Shown piece by piece: positions 41,194-51,262 of a stretch of DNA of 64,000 bases. The position numbers and the translations under genes were made by a program. Source of the stretch: Planctomycetaceae bacterium (GTDB taxonomy: Bacteria; Planctomycetota; Planctomycetia; Pirellulales; Pirellulaceae); NCBI GenBank assembly GCA_002709225.1, contig PAQH01000022.1, positions 1,907 through 65,906 of the forward strand. Reading direction: 5' to 3'. Each line of letters starts with the position of its first letter. The first letter of the stretch is position 1. The notes under the pieces were generated by a model, which ran no database searches, was not told the DNA's origin, and worked only from the letters and a program-made list of their open reading frames with translations.

Positions 41194-42147
41194 TTAGAAC
41201 GGAGCCTCATCCGGAGTCGGACTGCTGGCCAGTTCCTTCAATGCGTCGAGGCTAGCCAATACGTCTTCACGCGAGATCTCCTGCCAGTCCGTTGCCTTAT
41301 GCTGGAGGATCGCCAGTTTGAAAGCTTCAAAGGCTTCGGCAAGATTTTCGGGCAAGTCCTTAATGTTTTCAAAGGGACGGACAAATTCGATAGTCGACCG
41401 TTCGTCAGCGTCCGAGTAAATGGTGCTGCCGGGCTCACCTTCTGGAGCTGGAAACGCGATCACGTCCGCCTCGGCTTCATCGGGATCGTGGGCTTTTGTT
41501 GCGGGGCTCGCTTGGACGTCGGCGTAGGTTGGGGTCACGCTTCCGGTGGTTGCAGTATCTGCCCGCGGGCTGCTGGGCTCCGCGGAAAAATCCTCGTCTA
41601 ATTCGTTAGCGATGACGTCGGCAGGCTGTGGCCGCTGACTGTCCGGTTGACCGAGAGTTTCCCAGCGGACATTTCGCATACGATTGACCGACCACTGGTC
41701 TTGCACAGCTCCTTCCAGCCACATTTCGGCATCGTTCCAATCCAATGCCGCTTGAAAGTGGCTCCAGCAGAGTCCCTGGTAACTCTCATAAACCTCACCG
41801 AAGCGGTCAAAAACACGACGCAGTCGCCCCGTGTGCTGTCCCGTAACCCCGCCCACGCGTTGTGCCCACGCTTCATCCGAGTATTCTCGCGTAGGTTGAT
41901 CTGAGGCGATCAGCGTTTGACGCCATTCATGAATGATACGCCCTTTTTCCCAATTCGTGGTACTGACCAGACGGTGCCAACGGCCCACAAATGGCTGGGA
42001 CTCGGTGTCCACTGGTCCACTTTCCTGAACAGCATCGTCCATTGTGATATCGTGCGGTGTGATATCGTGCGGTGTGATATCGTCCATTGTGATGTTTTCG
42101 TCTAACCGAAGCTGCGGTGAGCCATCGGTCGAAGGTTGATCATCCAT
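41194..42147 (-). CDS. Acidic hypothetical protein with N-terminal DITxx pentapeptide repeats
   Basis: 317-aa ORF. It has a conserved-looking Trp-rich core (WEKGRIIHEWRQ..WAQRVGG..CWSHFQAALDWNDAEMWLEGAVQDQWSVNRMR). I recognise no family. Confidence 0.6.
   Translation of the reverse strand: MDDQPSTDGSPQLRLDENITMDDITPHDITPHDITMDDAVQESGPVDTESQPFVGRWHRLVSTTNWEKGRIIHEWRQTLIASDQPTREYSDEAWAQRVGGVTGQHTGRLRRVFDRFGEVYESYQGLCWSHFQAALDWNDAEMWLEGAVQDQWSVNRMRNVRWETLGQPDSQRPQPADVIANELDEDFSAEPSSPRADTATTGSVTPTYADVQASPATKAHDPDEAEADVIAFPAPEGEPGSTIYSDADERSTIEFVRPFENIKDLPENLAEAFEAFKLAILQHKATDWQEISREDVLASLDALKELASSPTPDEAPF
42029..42093 (-). repeat. 15-nt tandem repeat (about 4 units) encoding (DITMD)(DITPH)(DITPH)(DITMD)
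   Basis: Plus-strand units of gtgatatcgtgcggt at 42044..42058 and 42059..42073 are perfect. The flanking units are diverged (gtgatatcgtccatt). Confidence 0.85.
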
Positions 42148-42530
42148 CGTTGCTGGGTCCTGGCCAATTGCTTGCGGCAGTCATGGCGGGAGAACCGAGG
42201 ACTAGGTGTTGGCCGATCTGCGCAGGTTATTGTTCGCAGAGGGTCCCCGGAACTTACCGTGTTTTTGATTTCTGATGGCGGGTTGGGTTGCATCCGCCGA
42301 GCCCTTCAGAATACCACTCGTGGCGAAGGACAAAAGAGGCGGTGAGAAAATTCTTCGTACTACGGGCCGCGTTACAGACTAATTGGTTCAGAGCGTGTCG
42401 GAGAGATGGTAAATCATGTTGCCCGGTCTGGTACGGTCATGGTGGGGAGGATAGGGTGTGTTGCCAGTAGGTCAGGGCAATGGACGCCCCATTTGGGACG
42501 AATTGGACGACACACACCAGGACGGGACAG

Positions 42531-43346
42531 ATGCAGCGGACGCCTTTCTGGATGTTGCTTTTGGTCATCTCGTGGAGCATGGCCGTGGCCTCGCATGCTG
42601 CGGAGAAGCGGTTGCTACTGTTGGGGCAAGGGCCAGACGGTCATCCGCGTTTGACCCACGAATATCGCGCGGGAGTCCGCGTGGTTGCTCGTTGCCTGCA
42701 AAGTCATCCGGATGTCAAGCTGCGCGTTGTCAGTGCTGACGGAAGCTGGCCGGAGGGGCCTGACTTGATTCGCCAAGCGGACGCAGTCGTGTTGTTTCTC
42801 TCCGAAGGTGCGAAGTGGCTACAGCAGGATGCCCGGCGGTTTCAAGCATTTGCCCAGTTGGCGCAGCGTCGAGGTGGCCTTGTCGTATTGCATTGGGGAA
42901 TGGGCACGCGGCCGGCAAACTATATCGATCGTTTCTTGCAGCTATTCGGCGCGTGTCATGGCGGACAGGATCGTAAATATCAGGTGGTCCAGCGGGTTGC
43001 TCGAATCGCCCCTCCAGCCCACCCAGTTACCTCGGGAATTAAAGACTTCGACATCCGGGATGAATTCTATTACCGCTTGAAACGCGTGCGCTCCGCGTCC
43101 CCCCCCACGCCGTTACTGACGGTTCCCATTGATGGACGCCGAGAAATGGTTGCCTGGGCGTGGCAACGTCCGGATGGAGGGCGTTCGTTTGGCTTTTCCG
43201 GGCTCCATTTCCACGAGAACTGGGCACGTGTCGAATACCGCAGATTGGTAGTCCAGGGTGTATTGTGGACGCTGCAGTTGCCGATACCTGCGGATGGTTT
43301 GGCGGTTGGGATTACTCCCGAGGACCTTCGCCTCAAGCGTCCTTGA
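42531..43346 (+). CDS. Secreted ThuA-domain protein
   Basis: Track ORF is 42480..43346. ATG 42531 gives the signal peptide MQRTPFWMLLLVISWSMAVASHA. KRLLLLGQGPDGHPRLTHEY..ADAVVLFLSEG..GGLVVLHWG parallels the ThuA-like segment of the 31753..35742 protein. Confidence 0.65.
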   Translation: MQRTPFWMLLLVISWSMAVASHAAEKRLLLLGQGPDGHPRLTHEYRAGVRVVARCLQSHPDVKLRVVSADGSWPEGPDLIRQADAVVLFLSEGAKWLQQDARRFQAFAQLAQRRGGLVVLHWGMGTRPANYIDRFLQLFGACHGGQDRKYQVVQRVARIAPPAHPVTSGIKDFDIRDEFYYRLKRVRSASPPTPLLTVPIDGRREMVAWAWQRPDGGRSFGFSGLHFHENWARVEYRRLVVQGVLWTLQLPIPADGLAVGITPEDLRLKRP

Positions 43347-43433
43347 CAGACCGTTTCATCCAATACCGGGTTTGCATTGCCGCATCGCTGCTGGCACGGT
43401 TGTCACACCGATTTGCACCAAACGCCGTTCCGA

Positions 43434-44885
43434 TCAGAGCGGGATTGCTGGTCCCTGGTGTGGCGAGGCGTCAATCGACCAATCCGGTCCCAGGTAGACG
43501 TCCCCCGAGAAACAGTGCCCCGCTGGGATGCGGCTTTTCAGCTCCTGAACGTCCAGAGCAAAGCGGGGGTTGATTTCGATTCGCGCGTTTTCGGCCATTT
43601 GGATTTTGGCGGCAGCGAGCCAGTCCGCGTATAGATCGAGCATCTTTCGTTGCGCTGACGCGGGTGTGTCATTCGGTTCACCATTCGCATTCTTGACTGG
43701 AGCAAAACTGGCGTCGCGACTGCTTTCGACGACGATGGCGTTTTGAGCGGCGGGTAGCAGATCGAAAATAAATTTCTCGAACTTGATCGAATTGGGTTCC
43801 GTCGGTGTGACGTGGCGTCCGTGACTGTCACAGTATGCGGTTTGTTTCAACGCCCGGTGGAATTGCATGCCAGCGTTGGAAGTCACCATCCGTTCCAGGA
43901 AGTGCCGTTGGAAGACATGCACGCCGATGTTGCCGGCCCACAGTTTCAACTCGCCATCCGGAGCAACCTGGCGGGCGGTATCCGCCGAGAGGTCGCTGTA
44001 TTCAATAATTTGTAGATGCCCATCGATGGAGACGACATTTCCGACCCGTTCCAAAGCCTCTTGTTTACGAATCACTTGGGTTGTCATTTCCGAATTCGCT
44101 TGTAGGTGGCAACCAATCAACCACGGATCACACACCTGTACCAACGGATTGTCAATTTGCGCATAGAACAGGTGTTCAATTCCACGTTGGGCAGCTTCCG
44201 CCAGACAACCCGTGCGCGCAAACGCATCTAGAATCCCACCGTGTCCATCCGGACTGAGGCAGAGTTGGTCGGGTTGTTCCAGCAGGATCTGGCCGGTAGC
44301 GGCATCCAGGACCGGCATGGTGCCTTGGCAGAACAGGAACAAATCCTCTTCAGGTAACCCGAAACAGTCATGTGCTGCCAGAAAGTCCGCGGTTTCTTCG
44401 TGTGTGGCCGGACTGGTCATCACGAACAGAGGAATCGCCGCCTGGTGCCTGTTGCGCATTGCGATTAAATGGTCGATGACTACCTGAAATAGTGGGCGGT
44501 TTGAAATAGGGCCAATAGGGAACAGCCCTTTGGCATGGCCAAATCCAAGGCGCGTTCCTTGTCCGCCCGCCACCAGGATCATTCCTACCTTTCCAGATGC
44601 CAATGTTTGTCCGCCGAGCACGCGCATCTGCTGGGAACGCGTGGTTCCGTCCAATTCAATGGGCTCGGCGGGCGGAGCCCCCGCGCCGGTTACCGAGGAT
44701 GTGTTTTTTCCGGGCGCGTCGTAGGCGTTGAGTAGTGTTGCAAGCAGCGCAAAATCAACACTACGAATTTGTGTCGCCAACTGGTCCTGGCGCGCGGGGG
44801 GAAGCGAATCCCAATGTGCCAGCAGGTGCTCCTGGCCATACTTGGCGAGTAACCCTTGCAGTTCGGTGAAAAGTGTGTTCGTCAT
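43434..44885 (-). CDS. UDPGP-family (eukaryotic UAP1-type) UDP-sugar / UDP-N-acetylhexosamine pyrophosphorylase
   Basis: Track ORF is 43434..44918; ATG at 44885 gives MTNTLFTELQ. Nucleotide-binding loop MILVAGGQGTRLGFGHAKGLFPIGP. DGHGG and the N-terminal HLLAHW(D) motifs are typical of UAP1-like enzymes. Confidence 0.8.
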   Translation of the reverse strand: MTNTLFTELQGLLAKYGQEHLLAHWDSLPPARQDQLATQIRSVDFALLATLLNAYDAPGKNTSSVTGAGAPPAEPIELDGTTRSQQMRVLGGQTLASGKVGMILVAGGQGTRLGFGHAKGLFPIGPISNRPLFQVVIDHLIAMRNRHQAAIPLFVMTSPATHEETADFLAAHDCFGLPEEDLFLFCQGTMPVLDAATGQILLEQPDQLCLSPDGHGGILDAFARTGCLAEAAQRGIEHLFYAQIDNPLVQVCDPWLIGCHLQANSEMTTQVIRKQEALERVGNVVSIDGHLQIIEYSDLSADTARQVAPDGELKLWAGNIGVHVFQRHFLERMVTSNAGMQFHRALKQTAYCDSHGRHVTPTEPNSIKFEKFIFDLLPAAQNAIVVESSRDASFAPVKNANGEPNDTPASAQRKMLDLYADWLAAAKIQMAENARIEINPRFALDVQELKSRIPAGHCFSGDVYLGPDWSIDASPHQGPAIPL

Positions 44886-45289
44886 ACGATCGGATCGGAG
44901 AACGCGCGTTGCTGGCAAGCGGTGTTGCGGATTCTACACCAAATTCGTGGCGCTGGTATCGAGTTCGACGTTGTCGCGGTTCACGACTGGATTGGAAAGT
45001 TGTTTTGTAGGAAGCCTCAGACCATCTGCAGCAGCGCTCTGGGGGGAGCGGACCAGACATGAAGTTGTCTGCGGTTGTCTGTTTTGTCGAGAAAACGCAC
45101 GTATTGCAGCAGCAAGGCGCCAACCGGTTCAGAAGAGCAAGCCCCTGACCCAGGCATAAGCGAGCCAGCAGAGCGTCGGAAACAGAATGAACATCGCACC
45201 ATAGGTGAACACGGTTGTCCAGACAGTGTGGGGCCAGCGTGCCATGGAATTTCCAGTTGGGAGCTCTACGCCGGGGTGAATAGTGGCAA

Positions 45290-48200
45290 TCAAACATCCG
45301 GTTCATACGCCAGGTTAGGTGCCAGCCAACGTTCGGCATCCGAGGTTGTGATGCCTTTGCGGCGCGCGTAATCGGCAACCTGGGCCCGGTCAATGCGGTC
45401 GATCGCAAAGTAGCGAGCTTGGGGATGCGCAAAGTACCATCCACAGACGCTAGCAGCGGGTAGCATGGCGAATGATTCGGTCAATTCCATCTGCAGGTTG
45501 GCCGCCACGTCCAAGACGTCGAACAACGTACTTTTTTCGGTATGGTCGGGTTGCGCTGGGTAACCGGGTGCAGGCCGGATGCCTTGATAGGACTCGGCAA
45601 TTAATTCTTCGTGATCGAACCGCTCTTGCCGACCGAATCCCCAATTTTCGCGCGCACGTTGGTGAAGCATCTCTGCCAATGCTTCGGCTAACCGGTCAGC
45701 TAATGCCTTGACCAAGATCGCATTGTATTCATCGTGTTTGGCTTCAAAGGCGCTGGCCAATTCATGGGCTCCGATACCAGCGGTGACTGCAAATGCCCCT
45801 AGATGATCGGTGCGGTCTGACTCCAGGGGCGCAATGTAATCGGCCAGTGCGCGGAACTCGTTTTGTCCGCGGCGTTTCCATTGCTGTCTTAGGGTATGGA
45901 TGCGGGCCAGTTCATGGCGGCGCGATTCGTCTCGAAACAGGACGATGTCGTCGCCGTCACTGGCGGCGGGCCAGAATCCATAAACCGCTCTTGCCGACAA
46001 CTGTTTCTCCGCTTGTATGGTCTCCAAAAGCTGTTGCGCGTTGGCGAACAGCTCGCGTGCCGCGCTGCCGAAACGCGGGTCGTCCAGGATTGCTGGATAT
46101 TTTCCTTTCAATTCCCAGCTCAGGAAAAAAGGAGACCAGTCGATGTAGGGGATCAGCTCTGCCAAGTCGATGTCTGGCAATACGCGGGGTCCCAAGAAAT
46201 CTGGTGGTTCAACTCGGTTGGCTGACCAGTCCAAGGCAAGTTTATGCCGGCGCGCTTCCTCCAGCGAAACCAGCTTGATCGAACGTTGTTGATACGACGC
46301 CACGAGCTTTTGTTGCTGTTGCCGGTTATTTTCCAGTAGCTCGTCGCGTACTTCATCATTCAGAAGCCGATCGACAACGCTGACGCTTCGCGAGGCATCC
46401 AGGACATGCAACACGGGATGGGCGTAACGCGGCGCAATGCGGACCGCCGTGTGCTTAGCGCTTGTGGTTGCTCCTCCAATCAACAGTGGAAGTTGGAAGT
46501 CAAGTCGCGCCATTTCCTTAGCCACATGGACCATTTCGTCCAGACTCGGAGTGATCAGACCAGACAGGCCGATGACATCGACAGACTCCCGCCGGGCTGT
46601 CTCCAGGATCTCCTCACAGGACACCATAACACCGAGGTCGATGATTTCGTAGTTGTTGCAACCCAGTACCACACCGACAATATTCTTGCCGATGTCGTGG
46701 ACATCTCCCTTGACGGTTGCCAGTAAGATCGTACCTCTCGTTTTCTTTCCCGAGAATCCGTCCGCTTCCGATTCGGCATTCATATAAGGCAGCAGGTAGG
46801 CCACGGCTTTTTTCATGACCCGTGCGGATTTGACCACTTGTGGCAGAAACATTTTTCCCGAGCCGAACAGGTCGCCCACGACATTCATGCCGGCCATCAA
46901 GGGGCCTTCAATGATTTTCAGGCTGCGTTCGGCTACCTGGCGTGCTTCCTCGACATCGATTTCAATGAATTTGTCGATTCCTTTGACGAGCGCATGTGTC
47001 AGACGCGTTTCAACAGGCTCCTCACGCCACGACAGATCTTCATTGGCGGTTCCCTTGGTGCGTGTTTGTATGGTGGCGGCAAAGTCCACCAGCCGGTCGG
47101 TTGCATCGGGGCGACGGTTTAGCAACGCATCTTCAACACGTTCCAGCAATTCGGTGGGGATATCCTGGTAGACCGTCAGTTGTCCGGCATTGACGATTCC
47201 CATGTCGAGCCCGGCACGAATCGCGTGGTAGAGAAAAGCGGCGTGCATCGCCTCGCGGACGGTATCATTCCCGCGGAACGAAAAGGAGATGTTGCTGACC
47301 CCTCCAGAAATTTTTGCTCCAGGGCAAGTTCGCTTGATGATACGGGTTGCCTGGATGAAGTTCACCGCGTAATCATCGTGCTCGGAAATACCCGTCGCGA
47401 CGGTCAGAATGTTGGGGTCGAAGATGATGTCTGGCGGCGCGAACCTCGCTTCTTCGGTGAGCAGCCGGTAGGCGCGTTGACAGATTGTGACCTTCCCATC
47501 GATGTCTGTCGCTTGTCCGTTTTCGTCAAAAGCCATGACCACCGCCGCAGCTCCGTAGCGGCGGATTAGTCGTGCCCGTCGAAGAAACTCCGCTTCCCCG
47601 TCCTTGAGGCTAATGGAATTAACGATGGCCTTTCCTTGTACGCATTTCAGGCCCGCCTCGAGAACTTCCCAGCGGGAACTGTCAATCATGATGGGTACCC
47701 GGTTGATGTCGGGTTCACCGGCGATCAGATTGAGAAACCTGGTCATCGCTTCGACACTGTCGAGCAGGTCGGCGTCCATGTTGACGTCCAGGATGCTGGC
47801 GCCACCTTGAACCTGTTGCCGCGCGATATCGAGTGCTTCGTCGTACTGTTCCGATTGGATCAGCCGAGAAAACTTTCGTGAACCGGTGACGTTTGTACGT
47901 TCACCAATCATGGTGAAATTGCTGTCCGGTCGTAGCGTAAGAAGTTCGGTGCCACTTAATTGAGTCCATATTTCTGGTGTCGTTTTGCGGTGCGGGGTGA
48001 GTCCCTGCATGGTGGCGTGAATGGCTGCAATGTGGGCGGGAGTTGTACCACAGCACCCCCCTACGATATTAAGCCATCCGTTGGCAGCGAAATCGCCGAG
48101 CAAACGTGCCATATCGTCAGGGGCCAGAACATACTCGCCCATCTCGTTGGGCAGCCCTGCATTGGGATGGCAGCTGATGTAACAGGGGCAGATTTCCGCG

Positions 48201-49021
48201 AGTGTTTCGATATGCGGCCGCATCGGCTGTGGTCCCAGCGCGCAGTTGATACCGACACTCAAAACGGGCATGTGCGAAATAGCGTTCCAGAACGCTTCCA
48301 GCTTTTGACTCGAAACGAATGTGAGGCCCGCTTCATTGACGGCTGCCGAGACCATTACCGGACAGCTCTGGCCAGAGTCGTCAAAGTACTTTTGGATTGC
48401 GAACAGACAGGATTTCAGGTTGAGTGTGTCGATTACTGTTTCGGGAAACAGTAAGTCGACTCCCGCCTCCATTAACGCAGCAACTTGCGCATAGTAGGAA
48501 TCGACCATCTGATCAAAGCCCACCGCCCGGTGGGCAGGATCGTCAACACTGGTGGAAATGGCCATTTGTTTCGTCGTGGGACCGATTGAACCGGCGACAA
48601 AACGGGGTTTGTGCGGAGTGCGTTCATTGAATTCGTCGACGGCTTGACGTGCACAGTGCACGGCCGCGAAGTTGATTTCCCGGACCAGATCCGCTGGCAG
48701 CCCGAATTCCTCCATGGCCACCGTGCTCGACCCGAACGAGTTGGTCTCGATAATGTCCGCCCCGGCCGCCAGGAACTGCTGGTGAATTGTTGTAATCTTA
48801 TCTGGATGGGTGAGGCAGAGAAGGTCGACGAAACGTACCAGGTCTTTGGCATGTCCGGCGAAACGCTCGCCTCGGACTTGCGTTTCATCCAGGTTCAAGG
48901 TCTGAACCTGAGTGCCCATAGCGCCATCCAGAATCAGGATGCGCTCCGAGATGAGCGATTCCAGCGACTGCGTTCCTGACGGCAAGGCGGTGGGCGTTCC
49001 TGACGGCACGGCGGTGGGCAT
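45290..49021 (-). CDS. metH: Cobalamin-dependent methionine synthase
   Basis: All modules are present: Hcy-binding ([18 protein letters not shown]), pterin-binding, B12-binding DxHxxG ([11 protein letters not shown]), and the AdoMet activation domain. The track start 49066 is TTG; the first ATG is at 49021. Confidence 0.93.
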   Translation of the reverse strand: MPTAVPSGTPTALPSGTQSLESLISERILILDGAMGTQVQTLNLDETQVRGERFAGHAKDLVRFVDLLCLTHPDKITTIHQQFLAAGADIIETNSFGSSTVAMEEFGLPADLVREINFAAVHCARQAVDEFNERTPHKPRFVAGSIGPTTKQMAISTSVDDPAHRAVGFDQMVDSYYAQVAALMEAGVDLLFPETVIDTLNLKSCLFAIQKYFDDSGQSCPVMVSAAVNEAGLTFVSSQKLEAFWNAISHMPVLSVGINCALGPQPMRPHIETLAEICPCYISCHPNAGLPNEMGEYVLAPDDMARLLGDFAANGWLNIVGGCCGTTPAHIAAIHATMQGLTPHRKTTPEIWTQLSGTELLTLRPDSNFTMIGERTNVTGSRKFSRLIQSEQYDEALDIARQQVQGGASILDVNMDADLLDSVEAMTRFLNLIAGEPDINRVPIMIDSSRWEVLEAGLKCVQGKAIVNSISLKDGEAEFLRRARLIRRYGAAAVVMAFDENGQATDIDGKVTICQRAYRLLTEEARFAPPDIIFDPNILTVATGISEHDDYAVNFIQATRIIKRTCPGAKISGGVSNISFSFRGNDTVREAMHAAFLYHAIRAGLDMGIVNAGQLTVYQDIPTELLERVEDALLNRRPDATDRLVDFAATIQTRTKGTANEDLSWREEPVETRLTHALVKGIDKFIEIDVEEARQVAERSLKIIEGPLMAGMNVVGDLFGSGKMFLPQVVKSARVMKKAVAYLLPYMNAESEADGFSGKKTRGTILLATVKGDVHDIGKNIVGVVLGCNNYEIIDLGVMVSCEEILETARRESVDVIGLSGLITPSLDEMVHVAKEMARLDFQLPLLIGGATTSAKHTAVRIAPRYAHPVLHVLDASRSVSVVDRLLNDEVRDELLENNRQQQQKLVASYQQRSIKLVSLEEARRHKLALDWSANRVEPPDFLGPRVLPDIDLAELIPYIDWSPFFLSWELKGKYPAILDDPRFGSAARELFANAQQLLETIQAEKQLSARAVYGFWPAASDGDDIVLFRDESRRHELARIHTLRQQWKRRGQNEFRALADYIAPLESDRTDHLGAFAVTAGIGAHELASAFEAKHDEYNAILVKALADRLAEALAEMLHQRARENWGFGRQERFDHEELIAESYQGIRPAPGYPAQPDHTEKSTLFDVLDVAANLQMELTESFAMLPAASVCGWYFAHPQARYFAIDRIDRAQVADYARRKGITTSDAERWLAPNLAYEPDV

Positions 49022-49340
49022 AGTGACAGTGGGTTCCAGTAGTTTTCCAGGAAAAGTTCTGGACAATCGTAGAGCATTTTTAGGTTCAACCGTAGGTATT
49101 CAAACCCATTTGACGCAGATTGCCCTGTCTAAGGGACCGTCCCAATTGTCATATTGTTCAAGATCGATACGATCGCAACCGATAACAGACGAGCTGGGTC
49201 TTGTAGACGGGGCGGCGGGATCGATCTCTTTGGAGGCTGATCACAGTACTTGACCTACGCGCCTAACGAAACCAGCAATGGATTTGAGTGTGGGATGGTC
49301 GTTGACAGCGTGTGAACGCCGTGCCCTGGGGATCTGTTGA

Positions 49341-50078
49341 ATGAAGATGCCACCACGGTTGCTAAGCCTGCCTGATCTCGATGCGAGTACCGCGGAGGGT
49401 GCTCCCGAGTTGTGCAGTCACCACGCAGCCGCACCGCAACCAGTTTTTCCCCACGCCGTCGCGCCGCTGGCGACGATTTCCGCACCTCCAGCCGGCTTTG
49501 GGGACACGGATCCTACGAACCGGCGGTCAGTCATGCCGTGGAGGGTACTGATGGTGGCGGTAGGTGCGGGTTTGGCTGTCAGCGCGGTGTGGTGGCAAGC
49601 GAGTTTGCGGACGACGTCAGGGCTGGTTCGACAACATGGCGACAAGTGGCTGGCGGCATCCACGTCCCCGGTTGTGAGAGGATCGTTGCGAGAGGGGACG
49701 AACGGCTGGGCTTACCGGTCCGTACGCAAAGCGTCTGCTCCGATACGCTGGCCTGATCGACAGGTAGAGATAAACTCTCTGCAGACCGGTACCAATACCG
49801 CAACCCCACTTTTGACAAACGCGTTGCCAGAGCCCAACGTCCAACCCGTACCGGGCGCGATGCCGGATCCAGAACCTGCTGTTCTCAAGGTGCCAGCACC
49901 ACGCTTGTCTGCCACAAAACCCGGGGTGCTGGGTGTTCCGGCACTGGAGCGTGATCCCACGCCATCAGTGGACGCGGCGGATTTGCGGCTCCAGCCCGAC
50001 GGCAACATTCGTGCCTATATTGATACCACTCGACAACCTGAGTACCTGCCAGGTGAACAAGATCCGATTCGACGTTGA
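49341..50078 (+). CDS. Hypothetical membrane-anchored Pro-rich protein
   Basis: 245-aa ORF with a single hydrophobic segment (WRVLMVAVGAGLAVSAVWW). I recognise no motif, and the start is uncertain. Confidence 0.45.
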   Translation: MKMPPRLLSLPDLDASTAEGAPELCSHHAAAPQPVFPHAVAPLATISAPPAGFGDTDPTNRRSVMPWRVLMVAVGAGLAVSAVWWQASLRTTSGLVRQHGDKWLAASTSPVVRGSLREGTNGWAYRSVRKASAPIRWPDRQVEINSLQTGTNTATPLLTNALPEPNVQPVPGAMPDPEPAVLKVPAPRLSATKPGVLGVPALERDPTPSVDAADLRLQPDGNIRAYIDTTRQPEYLPGEQDPIRR

Positions 50079-50155
50079 CGGCCGGTGCTAATCTCGCTTG
50101 TGCGGCGGTGGCCAGGTAATTTTTTCGGGCTTACTTGCAAGTATTGGACAAAACG

Positions 50156-51166
50156 ATGCAGTTTGGTATTTCTCAATTTCGTCAGGGGTTGAGGCGTGCC
50201 GCAGCGACGCTTTCCGCGACTTTGCCTGAACGGGGTGTTCTTGAACGCCGTACTTTCGCGGCACGGCCGGACTGGTGCGATCAAGCGGATCGTACCACGA
50301 GCAGCTCTCGGAATTGGCTGGCGAACGACGAGCTATTTGTCTTGCACTCCGCATCGTGTGACGTCGAAACGGCGGGGGGGGCCATCCATGTTGGGCACAC
50401 GCTGCATCCGGGGATTCCTCTTCCCAGGCTGGAGTCTTTGCGACATCTCGTCTCCGCCGGGGAACCGGTTTCAAACGCCGCTGCAGGCCCGCAGGCTGTC
50501 GCACCGCGACCCCCCGAGCCTCTGGGTAGCATGCGTGACCAGGCTAACGCCTCGTTGCGCTGGCCGGAAATCTGCTCTCGATTACTTGCGCAGACGCAGG
50601 TGCAGTTTGCGGTTGCCGCACAAAATTTGTTGGCGGCCAGTTCACATGGTCTTCGTACTGTGGCGATTACAGGGCACATTCGAGGTGAAGGGCGGTCGAC
50701 GGTGGCGATGTGCTTGAGCCGCGCGGTTGCCAGACTAGGCGGTACTGCCGCGTTGTTCGATGGAGATACATCAACACCGGATTTGGCGTCACAGTTGGGC
50801 ACCACGAATTTGCCAACCCGGTTACCTGCCGCAGCCACAGCAGACCCTGTAACGGTTGGGTCTAAGGGCGACCAGGTTGATGTGTTTTTTCGTAACCGGA
50901 GTAAACGCCTTCCCGGAACACATACCGAGAATCCACTGAGGGAATTGGTGCAGACAGCCACAGCCCAATACGACCTGGTGGTGGTGGATTTGCCGCCGCT
51001 TGATTGCACTGGGCGGTTGCCGATAAGTTGCACGCATCTTGATGCCGCAATTCTTGTCCGGAATTGCCACAAGACAATTCCGGAGGATGTGTGTGAAGCA
51101 GATCGCAGTCTGCGATCGATGGGGATGGTAGCAGTCGGCGTCGTCGAGAACTTTCAGGTCCTTTGA
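50156..51166 (+). CDS. Protein with C-terminal BY-kinase/MinD-like P-loop domain carrying Walker-A Lys->Arg
   Basis: Track ORF is 50135 (TTG)..51166, with an ATG at 50156. Walker A-like ITGHIRGEGRST (R codon cgg at 50693..50695). Walker A'-like ALFDGDTSTPDL. Walker B-like DLVVVDLPPL. Confidence 0.6.
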   Translation: MQFGISQFRQGLRRAAATLSATLPERGVLERRTFAARPDWCDQADRTTSSSRNWLANDELFVLHSASCDVETAGGAIHVGHTLHPGIPLPRLESLRHLVSAGEPVSNAAAGPQAVAPRPPEPLGSMRDQANASLRWPEICSRLLAQTQVQFAVAAQNLLAASSHGLRTVAITGHIRGEGRSTVAMCLSRAVARLGGTAALFDGDTSTPDLASQLGTTNLPTRLPAAATADPVTVGSKGDQVDVFFRNRSKRLPGTHTENPLRELVQTATAQYDLVVVDLPPLDCTGRLPISCTHLDAAILVRNCHKTIPEDVCEADRSLRSMGMVAVGVVENFQVL

Positions 51167-51262
51167 CGGTTTCGCTCGCAGGCCGGAGTTTTGCGTTCAG
51201 GTGGCAGAGCACGGGCGGCTGCTGGAGACGTTCCGCCTGGAGCGGTTTACGGCCGGCCGACC

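Noticed and set aside
44761-45444. 227-aa minus-strand ORF that bridges the metH 3' end and the downstream gap.
   Set aside because: It overlaps the well-supported metH C-terminus out of frame and overlaps the UDPGP gene start region. It has no motifs and an Arg/Pro/Leu-rich composition.
49022-49340. Possible riboswitch (cobalamin, SAM or SAH) in the 319-nt metH leader.
   Set aside because: I found no B12-box-like sequence and no SAH or SAM core motifs that I could recognise by eye on the minus strand. A covariance-model scan (Rfam) would be needed to decide this, so the leader remains unassigned.
50281-51072. 263-aa antisense ORF opposite the P-loop gene.
   Set aside because: It is a shadow ORF. 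The plus-strand frame carries the ordered Walker A/A'/B motifs.
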